Positions 50,528 through 61,133 are shown, numbered from the stretch's first letter. The stretch is 64,000 bases of DNA from Cyclobacteriaceae bacterium (GCA_019638355.1 JAHBTY010000003.1:333325-397324); one strand, 5' to 3'. Numbers and translations: made by a program. The notes: generated by a model not told the origin, from the sequence alone.

Positions 50528-50899
50528 ATGAAACTAGGAGCATTTTCGGTAAGCCTGAGTGTCAAGGACATTAAGGCCTCTAAACAATTTTATGAAAACC
50601 TGGGCTTTACTGTTTTAGGTGGCGATTTAAAAATGAATTACCTCATCATGAAGAATGAGCATGCATTGATAGGATTGTTTCAAGGAATGCTTGAAGGAAA
50701 TATTTTAACCTTTAACCCCGGTTGGAATGAGAACGGGAAAGATGTTGACCCTTTTGATGATGTTCGAAAGATTCAACAACACCTGCAACAAAGCGGAATC
50801 AAATTAACTTCGCAGGCGGATACTAATACTTCCGGTCCAGCCAGCATTACATTAACCGACCCGGATGGAAATGTTATTTTAATAGATCAGCACCGTTAA
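50528..50899 (+). CDS. VOC/glyoxalase family protein
   Basis: MKLGAFSVSLSVKDIKASKQFYENLGF..IGLFQG..TDPDGNVILIDQH; ATG 50528 preferred. Confidence 0.88.
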   Translation: MKLGAFSVSLSVKDIKASKQFYENLGFTVLGGDLKMNYLIMKNEHALIGLFQGMLEGNILTFNPGWNENGKDVDPFDDVRKIQQHLQQSGIKLTSQADTNTSGPASITLTDPDGNVILIDQHR

Positions 50900-50915
50900 T
50901 CAATAAAGAGTATTT

Positions 50916-51368
50916 ATGCAATCAAGAGCCAAAACTGTTGACGATTATCTTTCAACTTTGCCCGATGAGCGTGCCGAGATTATCGCGGCTTTGCGAAAAG
51001 AAATTAAAAAAAATCTTCCCAAAGGATTTGAAGAAACCATGCAGTATGGCATGATCAGTTACGTAGTACCACATACATTATACCCGGCTGGGTATCACAC
51101 TAATCCTAAAGATGCATTACCTTTTATTAGCATTGCTTCACAAAAGAATCATATTGCCGTTTATCACATGGCGGTTTATGCGGGTGCACTGCACGATTGG
51201 TTTGTAAAAGAATTCAAAAAACACAGCGACAAAAAACTGGATATGGGTAAATCGTGTATCCGGTTTAAAAAACCTGACGATGTACCCGTAAAACTTTTTG
51301 GCGAACTGGCCAAAAAAGTAAAACCGCAAGAATGGATTAAGCTGTACGAGAAGGGTTTAGGACGGTGA
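50916..51368 (+). CDS. DUF1801 (YdhG-like) protein
   Basis: TVDDYL, GFEETMQYGMI.Y, SIASQKNHIAVY, LDMGKSCIRFKK. Confidence 0.85.
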   Translation: MQSRAKTVDDYLSTLPDERAEIIAALRKEIKKNLPKGFEETMQYGMISYVVPHTLYPAGYHTNPKDALPFISIASQKNHIAVYHMAVYAGALHDWFVKEFKKHSDKKLDMGKSCIRFKKPDDVPVKLFGELAKKVKPQEWIKLYEKGLGR

Positions 51369-51445
51369 GTCGATTAAATTAACCTTGTCCGGTTTTTTGG
51401 TTTAATTCAATTAGAGCATGTATTTTGGTGCGTTTATTTTCAACT

Positions 51446-52270
51446 ATGAATTTTTTACGCAAAGCATTGGAAAGGCGAAAGCTAAAACGAACTTTTGGTG
51501 AATACGGATTTGAGATTAACCAATTTAAAATAGAAGGATTGGGAATAGTAGATTATGCACAGTGGTTGCACCCCTTTGAAAAGCCAAAAAAAATAACGCT
51601 GTCCAACATAGATTTTTATAAAAAAATTACCACACCGGCAGGAATTGGTGCTCATACAGGTGATACTACTGTGCCTATGGCATTGGCAGTAGGTAAAGCT
51701 GGGCTTGTATTGGGGCTTGAGCCCAATAAGTATGTATTTAAGATTTTGGAAAAAAACTCAACGCTTAATCCCGATAAGACCAATATTGTGCCGCTGTGCT
51801 TTGCGGCCACAAAAGGAGATGGTGTTTTTGAGTTTAACTATTCCGATGCCTCATTCTGCAATGGTGGTTTTCTGTCTCAAATCAAGAACAAAAACCATAA
51901 GCACAATTATGTGCTGGAAGTTGTGGGTAAGAACCTGCAGAATTATTTATTCAACCATTACGCGGAAAAATTAGAGCAGCTATGCCTGGTGAAAATTGAT
52001 GCCGAGGGTTACGATAAAGAAATTATTAAAACTATTCCGGAGATACTAAACCGTTATAAGCCCAATTTAATGATTGAATGTTATAAGCGGCTAACTTCAG
52101 ATGAACGGTTTGAGTTATTTGATTTGGTATCGGCCCATGGATATATACTTTATTACCTTGAAAACTTTGAAGACTTTAGACAACTTGAACCAATAACCAG
52201 GGCTGCCATGACTTCCCGCGAGCATTTTGAGATGTTGGCTATACACGAAACAAAGAAAATAATTTGGTAG
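51446..52270 (+). CDS. FkbM-family methyltransferase, SAM motif I apparently damaged
   Basis: IGAHTGDT, LGLEPN, VKIDAEGYD, YKPNLMIE; the xxD strand normally preceding IGAH is absent. Confidence 0.75.
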   Translation: MNFLRKALERRKLKRTFGEYGFEINQFKIEGLGIVDYAQWLHPFEKPKKITLSNIDFYKKITTPAGIGAHTGDTTVPMALAVGKAGLVLGLEPNKYVFKILEKNSTLNPDKTNIVPLCFAATKGDGVFEFNYSDASFCNGGFLSQIKNKNHKHNYVLEVVGKNLQNYLFNHYAEKLEQLCLVKIDAEGYDKEIIKTIPEILNRYKPNLMIECYKRLTSDERFELFDLVSAHGYILYYLENFEDFRQLEPITRAAMTSREHFEMLAIHETKKIIW

Positions 52271-52325
52271 GCAGCCACACATGAATTACTGATACTTGTA
52301 AGTAAAGTACCTTATAAACATTGAA

Positions 52326-54239
52326 TCAAACCTCAAACGCACTTTTATAAAATTCATTTTGCTGCACATAATCGAGCAACGCCTCGTAAAACGGATGCGC
52401 GGCCAGTGTAGCGCTATCGCCAATCATCAATAATTTTTTTCGGGCGCGGGTCATAGCCACATTCGTTCTGCGGATGTCAGCCAAAAATCCAACTTCAGCT
52501 TTATCGTTACTTCTTACAAAGCTGATCACAATCGCATCGCGTTCTTGTCCTTGAAAGGCATCTACTGTGTGGATTGTTATTAGTTTGCCGAGTGGTTCGA
52601 GTATGGAAGATGCCGCAGCTAATTTATTCAGATAGTCAACCTGTGCGCGGTATGGAGTAATAATCCCTAATGTAATCTGTTGTTCGCGCCAGACTTCCGC
52701 ACCAAAATCTTCTACCAACTTTTCAGTTTCGCGAATTACCAGTGCGGCTTCTTCTGCATTATACCGACTCAACGTTTCGGGGTCTTGTTTTTCTGTAAAC
52801 CCACAACCTGCTGTGTCAATAAACTCAACCGGTTGTTGATGCGGTTTTAACAAACCTGCCTTAACGGCTGGATGTGCTACTAACTTGCCCTCGTAAAACC
52901 ATTGCGAAGGAAATTTCATAATAGCTTCGTGCATGCGGTATTGAATCTGCAACAAGGAAGCTGCTTGCGGATGTTTTTCAATTCCGCGTTCAAACAAGGT
53001 AACAGCTAATCCGGCTTTAGCAGCTTCGTTCGATTTTATAGTGGGTGGTAATTGACAATGATCGCCCGCCAATATTACCCGCTGCGCGCGTAACATCGGT
53101 ATCCAACAGGCAACTTCTAATGATTGAGCGGCTTCATCGATAAAAACAGTTTTGAATTTTCGCCCACGCAGTACCGGATGCGAGGCCCCCACTAACGTAC
53201 AGCAAATTGCCTGTGCTTGTTGCAGCACATCGTTCACCATATAAAACTCCAGCATATCTGCATCCGCCTTCAATAATTTTGCCTCTTCCTTCAGTAACCT
53301 GCGGTGTTCACGTTCATGGTGGCCAAACGTGCGTTTAAATTTGGAAGCTTCCGATCGTACTTTTTCAATCCGTTTGCGCAATGCACGCAATTCATCATAA
53401 TGTGTATGCTCAGCAATGCGTGCATCCAGTGTTTTGCTTAAAGTTTGTTCGGTAACGCGTGCCGGATGGCCAATGCGCACCACATTTAAACCTTGTTCAC
53501 TTAATTTTTCTACCAGTAAATCAATGGCAGCATTGCTAGGTGTACTCACTAACACCTGGCCTTCGTTGCGTTGTGTTTGTACAATGGCTTGAACCAATGT
53601 AGTTGTCTTGCCCGTGCCGGGCGGGCCATGAATAAAAGCTACATCTTGCGCTTGTAAAATTTTTTGTAGTGCTGCTTGCTGACTTTGATTTAACTGCGGT
53701 GTTGGCAACGATTCAACTTCAGTTGATTGAACCGGAGTGGCAGCACCAAGAAACAACTCCCGCAATTCTGCAATCCGATTGTCTTCAGCCTTGCTAACCG
53801 CCTTTAATGCGTACTCCATTTCTTTGTACGTCATTTCATCAAACATCACATCCACACCCAGGTTACCATCGTCCATCCAATCGGGCAGGTCATCGGGGTT
53901 AATGGTAATTACGAGTGTATTGTCTTGCACATAATTGATTACCCCTTGCAGGTGTTGCTTATCGGGTTTACCCGATGCATTGCAGAATACATTGACGGAT
54001 TTGCCGCTTTGAAAACTATGTGGTTTATCGGAAGGATGTACGCGTTCCACTTCTATAATAATTCGCTCTCCTGTACCAATGTAATTGCGTACTAATCGTA
54101 CCGGGTACCAGGTAACGCCATCTTTTACCCGTTGTGTAAGCGATCGTAATAAAACTTTTTGGCGGTACTGCTCCAGATCGGCAGCGCGTTCAAGTTTAAT
54201 CAGTTCAAGTTGGTGTTGAAGGTGTTGATGAGAGGTCAT
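52326..54239 (-). CDS. SF1B helicase, IGHMBP2/DNA2-NAM7-like
   Basis: GPPGTGKT, DEAAQ, AGDHCQLPP, QYRMH, VDAFQGQE, RRTNVAMTRAR. Confidence 0.9.
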   Translation of the reverse strand: MTSHQHLQHQLELIKLERAADLEQYRQKVLLRSLTQRVKDGVTWYPVRLVRNYIGTGERIIIEVERVHPSDKPHSFQSGKSVNVFCNASGKPDKQHLQGVINYVQDNTLVITINPDDLPDWMDDGNLGVDVMFDEMTYKEMEYALKAVSKAEDNRIAELRELFLGAATPVQSTEVESLPTPQLNQSQQAALQKILQAQDVAFIHGPPGTGKTTTLVQAIVQTQRNEGQVLVSTPSNAAIDLLVEKLSEQGLNVVRIGHPARVTEQTLSKTLDARIAEHTHYDELRALRKRIEKVRSEASKFKRTFGHHEREHRRLLKEEAKLLKADADMLEFYMVNDVLQQAQAICCTLVGASHPVLRGRKFKTVFIDEAAQSLEVACWIPMLRAQRVILAGDHCQLPPTIKSNEAAKAGLAVTLFERGIEKHPQAASLLQIQYRMHEAIMKFPSQWFYEGKLVAHPAVKAGLLKPHQQPVEFIDTAGCGFTEKQDPETLSRYNAEEAALVIRETEKLVEDFGAEVWREQQITLGIITPYRAQVDYLNKLAAASSILEPLGKLITIHTVDAFQGQERDAIVISFVRSNDKAEVGFLADIRRTNVAMTRARKKLLMIGDSATLAAHPFYEALLDYVQQNEFYKSAFEV

Positions 54240-54316
54240 GCAGGCGGTAAATATGCTGCGATAAATCGGTACATAAAAATTTGCCCTGCATATAATCTAT
54301 TCTCTATCTTACCAAT

Positions 54317-55231
54317 ATGAGTACCATCGATCGATTTAGACAATTACAACAACTACGCTTACGCAGAATTAATATTGAGCGTGGAATAAAGGATACCATA
54401 TTTATTTTGTTAGGTGTTGCAGCCGCTGGTTTTGGTTTGAAGGGCTTTTTGTTGCCAAACCGGTTTTTGGATGGTGGTGTAATGGGGATTTCGCTGCTGG
54501 TAAATATACTTTCGGGAGTAGATCTTTCGCTATTGGTAGTACTGATTAACTTGCCTTTTATGGTAATCGGCTACATGCAGATTTCTAAAAAGTTTGCGTT
54601 TAAAACTTTGATCGCTATTTCATTACTTTCCGTTACGTTAGCATTTATTGATTTCCCCATTATAACTTCCGACAAATTACTGATAGCCGTATTCGGTGGT
54701 TTCTTTTTGGGCTTGGGAATCGGGCTTTCTATCCGAGGTGGCAGTGTAATTGACGGTACTGAGGTATTGGCAATTTACTCCAGCCGAAAAACAACATTAA
54801 CCGTTGGCGATGTAATTCTCGGATTCAACATTCTTATTTTTTCAACAGCTGCTTACATTATCAATATTGAAACAGCCTTATATGCGATACTTACTTACCT
54901 GGTAGCATCAAAATCGGTGGATTTTGTTGTACACGGAATTGAAGAATACACCAGCGTGATGATAATTTCTGAGAAAAGCGAAGAAATTAAAGACGCTATT
55001 GTAAATAAGCTAGGCCGGGGAGTTACAATTTTAAAAGGTAAAAGTGGCTTTGGAAAGAAAGGACATCGCAGTACGGATGTAGATGTAATCTATTCGGTAA
55101 TAACCCGGCTGGAATTGCAACGATTAAAAACATTGATTACTAAAATTGATCACGATGCTTTTGTAGTTGAGAATAGTGTAAACGATATAAAGGGTGGTAT
55201 GATTAAGAAACGCCCTTTTCAGGATGACTAA
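54317..55231 (+). CDS. YitT family membrane protein
   Basis: FLDGGVMGISLL, LINLPF, GGSVIDGTEVL, LGRGVT, IDHDAFV. Confidence 0.9.
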   Translation: MSTIDRFRQLQQLRLRRINIERGIKDTIFILLGVAAAGFGLKGFLLPNRFLDGGVMGISLLVNILSGVDLSLLVVLINLPFMVIGYMQISKKFAFKTLIAISLLSVTLAFIDFPIITSDKLLIAVFGGFFLGLGIGLSIRGGSVIDGTEVLAIYSSRKTTLTVGDVILGFNILIFSTAAYIINIETALYAILTYLVASKSVDFVVHGIEEYTSVMIISEKSEEIKDAIVNKLGRGVTILKGKSGFGKKGHRSTDVDVIYSVITRLELQRLKTLITKIDHDAFVVENSVNDIKGGMIKKRPFQDD

Positions 55232-55366
55232 CAAATTGACAACCTGCAGCGCATATATGCGTTTTAAACTCCAGATTTTTCTTGGTCTATCGGTATTCTA
55301 AGCATACTTTAGGTTAACTGGTATAATTGTTGTTAAGTTGCACACAAATTTTTAAACCCAATTTAT

Positions 55367-55969
55367 ATGAAAAGAACAGGATTACTTTTAGCAATGATGT
55401 TTGTAAGCGCAGGTTTATGGGCGCAAACCACAGCTGGTAGCATTAGCCTGGCGGGTGGATTAGAATATTCCTCCAATAAGAGCGAGAATGTATATGGTAA
55501 TGTGGACTACTCTTCATCTTCATTAAACTTTAGGCCATCTGCAGGTTATTTTGTTATTGATAACCTGGAGGTTGGGCTACAGTTGGGTATTGGATCAGGC
55601 AAATCTCAATACGAGGGTTCAGCCGAAACCAAAAACAGTACTTTCCAGGTGGGGCCGTTTGCACGGTATTATAAGTTTACATCAAACGAGCGTTTTGCAT
55701 TTACAGGTACACTAAGCTTTCAGATTGGATCGGGCACATCAAGCACCGGCCAGAATGAACTTAAAACCGGAAGTACAAGTGTTTCTTTAGTACCCGGTTT
55801 TACCTATTTTTTGTCGGATAAGTGGGCCCTTGATTTTCAGCTGCAAGGTATTGGCTTCACTTCATACGATCCCAACAAAGATGTAGATAACAACAATCAG
55901 AACACCTTTACTTTTGGAGCAAGTTCCTTAAGTCCTTCGTTGGGTTTCCGCTTCTTTATAACCAAGTAA
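55367..55969 (+). CDS. Small outer-membrane beta-barrel protein
   Basis: Signal peptide ..LWAQ; SAGYFVIDNLEVG, GPFARYY, PGFTYFL, C-terminal GFRFF. Confidence 0.8.
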   Translation: MKRTGLLLAMMFVSAGLWAQTTAGSISLAGGLEYSSNKSENVYGNVDYSSSSLNFRPSAGYFVIDNLEVGLQLGIGSGKSQYEGSAETKNSTFQVGPFARYYKFTSNERFAFTGTLSFQIGSGTSSTGQNELKTGSTSVSLVPGFTYFLSDKWALDFQLQGIGFTSYDPNKDVDNNNQNTFTFGASSLSPSLGFRFFITK

Positions 55970-55988
55970 GCTTAACCTAACTAATATC

Positions 55989-56025
55989 AAAACCGTGTTT
56001 GGTCGTACAGATTAAACACGGTTTT
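55989..56025 (+). terminator. Intrinsic terminator
   Basis: AAAACCGTGTTT-N13-AAACACGGTTTT followed by TATT. Confidence 0.75.
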
Positions 56026-56106
56026 TATTATGCCCGATTACCACGAGTATTTTTACTGGGTATTAAAAGAAAACCGGGTATCTTGTAGCTACTAAATTAC
56101 AGGCGT

Positions 56107-56835
56107 ATGCATCCCAACAAAATTTCAGAGCTTATTAGCGGTGGCCGTACAGATTTCATTTTCCAGTTTTTGAAACTTTCGGATTGGAAAATCCAATTAC
56201 ATGCGGGTAGTGTTAAACCGTTGCAATGGTTAGTCTATTATAATGATGTAACAGGTTTGCGGGCTGTGTTGGAAGCCGGTGGCGATTTAAGAAGCTTAAA
56301 TCTGGATGAAGAACTGGGTAATGCCGCTTTCTTTGGACATTGGAAAGTTTGTGATTTTCTGATCAATCATGGTGCAAATGTAAATGCGGTTGTGGCACAA
56401 ACCCATGAAACCCCGTTGCATGCTGCGGTGTCAAAAGCCGGAAGACCACATTATTATTATGTGGTAAAACTATTGGTAGAGCGGGGAGCTAACGTTAATG
56501 CGCAAACCATAGCCGGAAAAGAGACCAGTGCTTTTATGCGCGATGTGCGCACCAAAGGTGAAGCGCCATTACATCGCGCAGCTGCTTATTGCGATGAACG
56601 CATCATAACTTTTTTGTTGGAGCATGGAGCCGACAAAACATTGAAGGATGCACATGGTAATTCACCGTTGAGCTGGGCAAGCGAACATTTACGACCGGGT
56701 TCTGTTTTGGCGCTATTGAGCTATGGTGATTATAAGATCAGTGATAGCCATAAAGTTAAAAATACCAGCGACCATGGTGCCGGGTGGGGCACCGGTATGG
56801 ATTGGAATCTGTTAGGTGACTACTTACCTGAGTAA
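56107..56835 (+). CDS. Ankyrin-repeat protein
   Basis: ETPLHAAV..LLVERGANVNA; GEAPLHRAA..LLEHGAD; GNSPL. Confidence 0.88.
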   Translation: MHPNKISELISGGRTDFIFQFLKLSDWKIQLHAGSVKPLQWLVYYNDVTGLRAVLEAGGDLRSLNLDEELGNAAFFGHWKVCDFLINHGANVNAVVAQTHETPLHAAVSKAGRPHYYYVVKLLVERGANVNAQTIAGKETSAFMRDVRTKGEAPLHRAAAYCDERIITFLLEHGADKTLKDAHGNSPLSWASEHLRPGSVLALLSYGDYKISDSHKVKNTSDHGAGWGTGMDWNLLGDYLPE

Positions 56836-57497
56836 TTCAATTTCTTCACATACAATGTCAAATACTCATCCAGCTGCTTCCGTTTATACTGCATAATAAA
56901 TCGCGGATGTGGCAATGGAATGATTTGCTGGAAGAATTTCTCTTCCTGGTTCCATTCGGTCAGGAATTTATAGTTATCACCTTCGCCCAGGCAATACGCC
57001 ACCTCTGTATTCAAACCCCAGCTCAACTGGGTACGCATACAATTTTGCATGAAAGGCTTTAGCCGCTTTTGCAGTAGCGGTACATCGTAATAGTTCAGGT
57101 TTTTATCTTTTTGTGTAAAACCTAAAGGTGAAACCGAGGTAAAATAAAATTTATCATAGAATGCATGGGCACCACCGTATGCGTGTATCATCCGATAAAT
57201 AAAATCAGAGGAAAGTTCGGGTTTGGTTGGCAATGTATTTTCAATTCCACAGATTTCTTTCAACCGAATTGGATCTGTAAAAGGAATTCCCGTGAGGCCA
57301 CCACCAAAGCGACCGGGATTAATACCAATGATGAGTGTGCGGGTATAGCTATCATTATAAAAGCGTTTATAAAACTGCTTACATAATTCAAACACTTCGG
57401 GTTGCTGGTAAGGATTTAATATACACACACCACGAGGAATTGGGGCATTAATCTTAAGACTTTGTAAGAAGTATATAATCTGATCGGCTAATGTCAT
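56820..57497 (-). CDS. Uracil-DNA glycosylase, SMUG2/DUF4918 type
   Basis: IGINPGRFGGGLTGIPFTD, ELSSDF, PLGF..NYYD, LPHPRFIMQY. Confidence 0.85.
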   Translation of the reverse strand: MTLADQIIYFLQSLKINAPIPRGVCILNPYQQPEVFELCKQFYKRFYNDSYTRTLIIGINPGRFGGGLTGIPFTDPIRLKEICGIENTLPTKPELSSDFIYRMIHAYGGAHAFYDKFYFTSVSPLGFTQKDKNLNYYDVPLLQKRLKPFMQNCMRTQLSWGLNTEVAYCLGEGDNYKFLTEWNQEEKFFQQIIPLPHPRFIMQYKRKQLDEYLTLYVKKLNYSGK

Positions 57498-57592
57498 GCA
57501 GCTAACATACACCTGTCATTTCTTCTCTCCAACTTTGTAAATCTGTTTTTCTGAACCCGATTGTTTGTTTACCTTCCTGAAATCCTTTTCGT

Positions 57593-59155
57593 ATGAAACT
57601 TTTTATCACCCTTTGCCTGCTGACGGCTTGTGAAGCTGCGCATGCTCAATCGTATGATCTTGTAATTCTAAATGGTAAAGTGATTGATGGCAGCGGCAAC
57701 CCATGGTTTTATGCCGATGTGGCTGTTCAAAACGGAAAGGTGGTAAGGGTTGGCAACCTGAGAGATGCAATTGCAAAAAAAGTAATTGATGCCTCAGGTT
57801 TGATTGTAGCGCCCGGCTTCATTGATGTGCATGCACACATTGAAGGTGGCGAAATGACAACGCCCACAGCTGATAATTTTATTTACGATGGTGTTACCTC
57901 GGTGGTAACGGGTAACTGTGGTGGTTCCAATTTGAATATTGCCGAATACTTTACACGATTGGATTCGGTAAAAACCTCCATCAACATTGCTACCTTAATC
58001 GGGCATAATACGGTGCGCAGGGCTGCGATGGGCGATGCACAGCGTGATCCCACTTCGGATGAATTAAAAAAGATGGAAACACTTGTAGAAGATGCCATGA
58101 AATCCGGAGCCGTGGGATTATCCACCGGGTTGATTTACATACCGGGTACCTATTCTAAAACGGACGAAGTAGTTGCGCTGGCGCGGATGGCCGCGCAATG
58201 GGGTGGTGTGTATGCATCACACATTCGCGATGAAGGTGATAACGTTACGGATGCAGTAAACGAGGCCATCAACATTGGTCGGCTTGCAAAAATCCCGGTG
58301 GAGATTTCGCACTTTAAAGTTACGTACAAACCCAACTGGGGTCGCTCGGTTGAAACCATTAAACTGGTGGATGATGCCCGTAAAGAAGGGTTGGATGTAA
58401 CCATCGATCAATATCCTTACATTGCCAGCAGCACCACCTTAGACACGACAGTACCCGCGTGGGTTTTTGCCGGTGGTCGCGATTCAATGAAACTGCGACT
58501 CAACGATCCGGTAACGCGCATGAAGATCAAAAAAGAAATGACAGTTACCTTAAAGAAAAAACAATTGAAAAATTACAGCTACGCACAAGTAGCGCGGTAT
58601 GCACCCGATACCACATTAAATGGAAAAAATATTAGTGAGATTAATAGGTTGCGAGGTCGTAAAGCTAAACCGATAGAAGAAGCAGAAACTATTCTGGAAA
58701 TGATTGGGGCAATCAACCGTACCCAAATGGTTTATTTTAGTATGAATGAAGATGATCTTACGCGCATTTTACAATATCCATTTAACATGATTGCTTCCGA
58801 TGCCGGCATTGCCCGTTATGGCTCAGGTATGCCGCATCCGCGTGCGTACGGAACCAATGCCCGGGTATTGGGTAAATATGTGCGTGAGCAAAATGTAATC
58901 CGGTTGGAAGAAGCCATTCGGAGAATGACATCCTTACCGGCTCAAAAATTTAATTTACGCGATCGTGGATTGTTGCGTGAAGGAATGGCTGCCGATATAG
59001 TAGTTTTTGATGCGCAAACCGTGGGCGATGCAGCAACATTCACTAATCCACATGCCTATTCAACCGGCTTTAAATACGTGTTGGTGAATGGCGAAGTGGT
59101 TGTGGATACCGGAAAGCATACGGGTGTGCGCAGTGGCCAGGTATTAAAGTATTAA
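57593..59155 (+). CDS. Exported N-acyl-D-amino-acid deacylase (amidohydrolase)
   Basis: PGFIDVHAH, GNCG, YASHIRDE, IASDAG, PHPRAYGT. Confidence 0.9.
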   Translation: MKLFITLCLLTACEAAHAQSYDLVILNGKVIDGSGNPWFYADVAVQNGKVVRVGNLRDAIAKKVIDASGLIVAPGFIDVHAHIEGGEMTTPTADNFIYDGVTSVVTGNCGGSNLNIAEYFTRLDSVKTSINIATLIGHNTVRRAAMGDAQRDPTSDELKKMETLVEDAMKSGAVGLSTGLIYIPGTYSKTDEVVALARMAAQWGGVYASHIRDEGDNVTDAVNEAINIGRLAKIPVEISHFKVTYKPNWGRSVETIKLVDDARKEGLDVTIDQYPYIASSTTLDTTVPAWVFAGGRDSMKLRLNDPVTRMKIKKEMTVTLKKKQLKNYSYAQVARYAPDTTLNGKNISEINRLRGRKAKPIEEAETILEMIGAINRTQMVYFSMNEDDLTRILQYPFNMIASDAGIARYGSGMPHPRAYGTNARVLGKYVREQNVIRLEEAIRRMTSLPAQKFNLRDRGLLREGMAADIVVFDAQTVGDAATFTNPHAYSTGFKYVLVNGEVVVDTGKHTGVRSGQVLKY

Positions 59156-59213
59156 TAATTTAATCCGGAATTATATTTAAGCAGGTCCGGTAAATTAACT
59201 TTTAGAGAACAAA

Positions 59214-61133
59214 CTAACTGTTACGCGGAAACCTGATTCTGAAGGTTGTGCCTTTATCGGGAGCGCTTTCAATTTCAATGCTGCCACTTAAAGCATCTAC
59301 CTGCGCTTTTACAAGATACAAACCTAATCCGCGCCCCTCTACATGTGTATGAAACCGCTGGTATAAACCGTAGAGCTTATCGCGCACTAAAGGTAAATCT
59401 ATACCCAGGCCATTATCGCGTATGTGAATAGCTACCTGATTTTCGCTCGCAAAAGTTTTAATGGTAACAACTGGTTTACGTTCAGGCGAACGAAATTTAA
59501 TTGCATTGGCTATCAGATTATACAAAATGCTTTCAATGTATGTGGGTATGGTAGAAATAGTATCCACCTGCGTGTAGTCTTCCTGAAATACGGTTCCGGA
59601 ATCCAGAATTAAATCTTTGAGTGTACTTTTTATGCGCAATACGCGCTTGCTTAAAATAACGGGTTCGTAAGTGCTGGTACCTACTCGCTTTACGTGCAAC
59701 ACATGACTAAGGTCATGCACAATATTATCCAGATCTACCGTGGCCTGTGTAAGTTTATCAACCACTTCCTTATCGCGCGGCCACTGAAATGAGTTGCCAT
59801 TGATAATATTTATGAGGCCCAGTATGCGTGCTACCGGCCCGCGCAGGTTGTGTGCGGTAATAAACTGGTACTCTTCCAATTGGTTGTTATGGCGGGCTAA
59901 TTCAATGTTGGTTTTAGTAAGTTCTTGTGTACGCTCTTGTACTTTATTTTTTAAGTCATGGTTGTAGTTGCGTAGCAAATTGTTGGATCGGGTGCGTAGC
60001 CGGTATGCATACAACAGCGAAAATGCAAGGGGTATGGTTAGCAATGCAGCCAGGGCTATCATCCACAGCATGAGGCGCTGCTGCCTCAGGCGCGAATCTT
60101 TTAGTTCTGTTTCCCTGCGCAGGCTTTCGTTTTCCAAGGAAATGTTTTGGTTTTCGATGTATTGCGTTAAGCTCGCGTTAAAAACACTATCGCGATACGT
60201 TACAAACAGGCGATAGTAATCAAATGCTTTTTTAAACTCGCCACGTTCTTCATAGATGGGGTACAACAGGCCGTATGCTTCACGTGTTTTGTCGCGATAT
60301 GAATTTTTAAGTGAGATAGCCAGGCTGGCCTCCAGTGCAGCTATGGCTTTTTCGGGTTGCTGTTGAGCGTGGTAAATCTGTGCAAGGCCAATTAGCGTAA
60401 AGGTGCGCCCGTAAAGATTGGTGCGTGCAGAATCGAGGGCAGCCTGGTTGTAAAAAAACAAGGCACTGTCATATTCTTTCTGATAGAGGTGTATCTCGCC
60501 CAGGTTATTGTAGATGTATGCCAATGTGGCACCGGGTTGTGGCTGCAAAATTTCCAAGCGTAACGCACGTTTAATCCAATGTTCGGCACTATCAAAACGC
60601 ATTAGTTTTCCATGTGCCCGGCCAATGTAATTCATAATATTGGCTTGCTGGGTTGATCTTGATTTTTGTGCTAATGCCAATGCTTTATGGAAATATAATT
60701 GGGCTTCGCCATAGTTTTCCATATTGGAGTTAATATTACCCATGGTAATGTACGAGTCAAGCATTTGGGCAGTGTCCATATCATGCTCGGTTCGAATCAG
60801 GTTATCGAGGGTGTATTCAAAAGCCGTAGAATAAATACCCATGCGTTGATTTACGCGTTGAAGGATATTTTGTGCTTCCTTAATTCCCTTGCTGTACTTA
60901 TTGCGGCTGGCTATTCGAAGGGCGCTATCGCCAAAGGTTAGCGATTTTTTTATATCTTGATCGTAGTACAAGCGTGCTAATTGATTGTATAAGTCGGCTT
61001 GTAAAGTACCATTGTCATTTTTTTGCAATTCGGTGTATAAACTATCGGCAAACGCCTGCCTGAATGTTTGGGCGCTTAAATAATTAACGCTCGATACGAC
61101 CAATGTTATCAGCAAAAAGGTGAGCGTTTTCAA
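59214..61133 (-). CDS. TPR-containing sensor histidine kinase, orphan
   Basis: Signal sequence, TPRs, one TM; H-box TAHNLRGP, NLIANAIKF, DNGLG, GLGLYLV; TTG start overlaps the patatin stop (TTGA). Confidence 0.9.
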   Translation of the reverse strand: MKTLTFLLITLVVSSVNYLSAQTFRQAFADSLYTELQKNDNGTLQADLYNQLARLYYDQDIKKSLTFGDSALRIASRNKYSKGIKEAQNILQRVNQRMGIYSTAFEYTLDNLIRTEHDMDTAQMLDSYITMGNINSNMENYGEAQLYFHKALALAQKSRSTQQANIMNYIGRAHGKLMRFDSAEHWIKRALRLEILQPQPGATLAYIYNNLGEIHLYQKEYDSALFFYNQAALDSARTNLYGRTFTLIGLAQIYHAQQQPEKAIAALEASLAISLKNSYRDKTREAYGLLYPIYEERGEFKKAFDYYRLFVTYRDSVFNASLTQYIENQNISLENESLRRETELKDSRLRQQRLMLWMIALAALLTIPLAFSLLYAYRLRTRSNNLLRNYNHDLKNKVQERTQELTKTNIELARHNNQLEEYQFITAHNLRGPVARILGLINIINGNSFQWPRDKEVVDKLTQATVDLDNIVHDLSHVLHVKRVGTSTYEPVILSKRVLRIKSTLKDLILDSGTVFQEDYTQVDTISTIPTYIESILYNLIANAIKFRSPERKPVVTIKTFASENQVAIHIRDNGLGIDLPLVRDKLYGLYQRFHTHVEGRGLGLYLVKAQVDALSGSIEIESAPDKGTTFRIRFPRNS

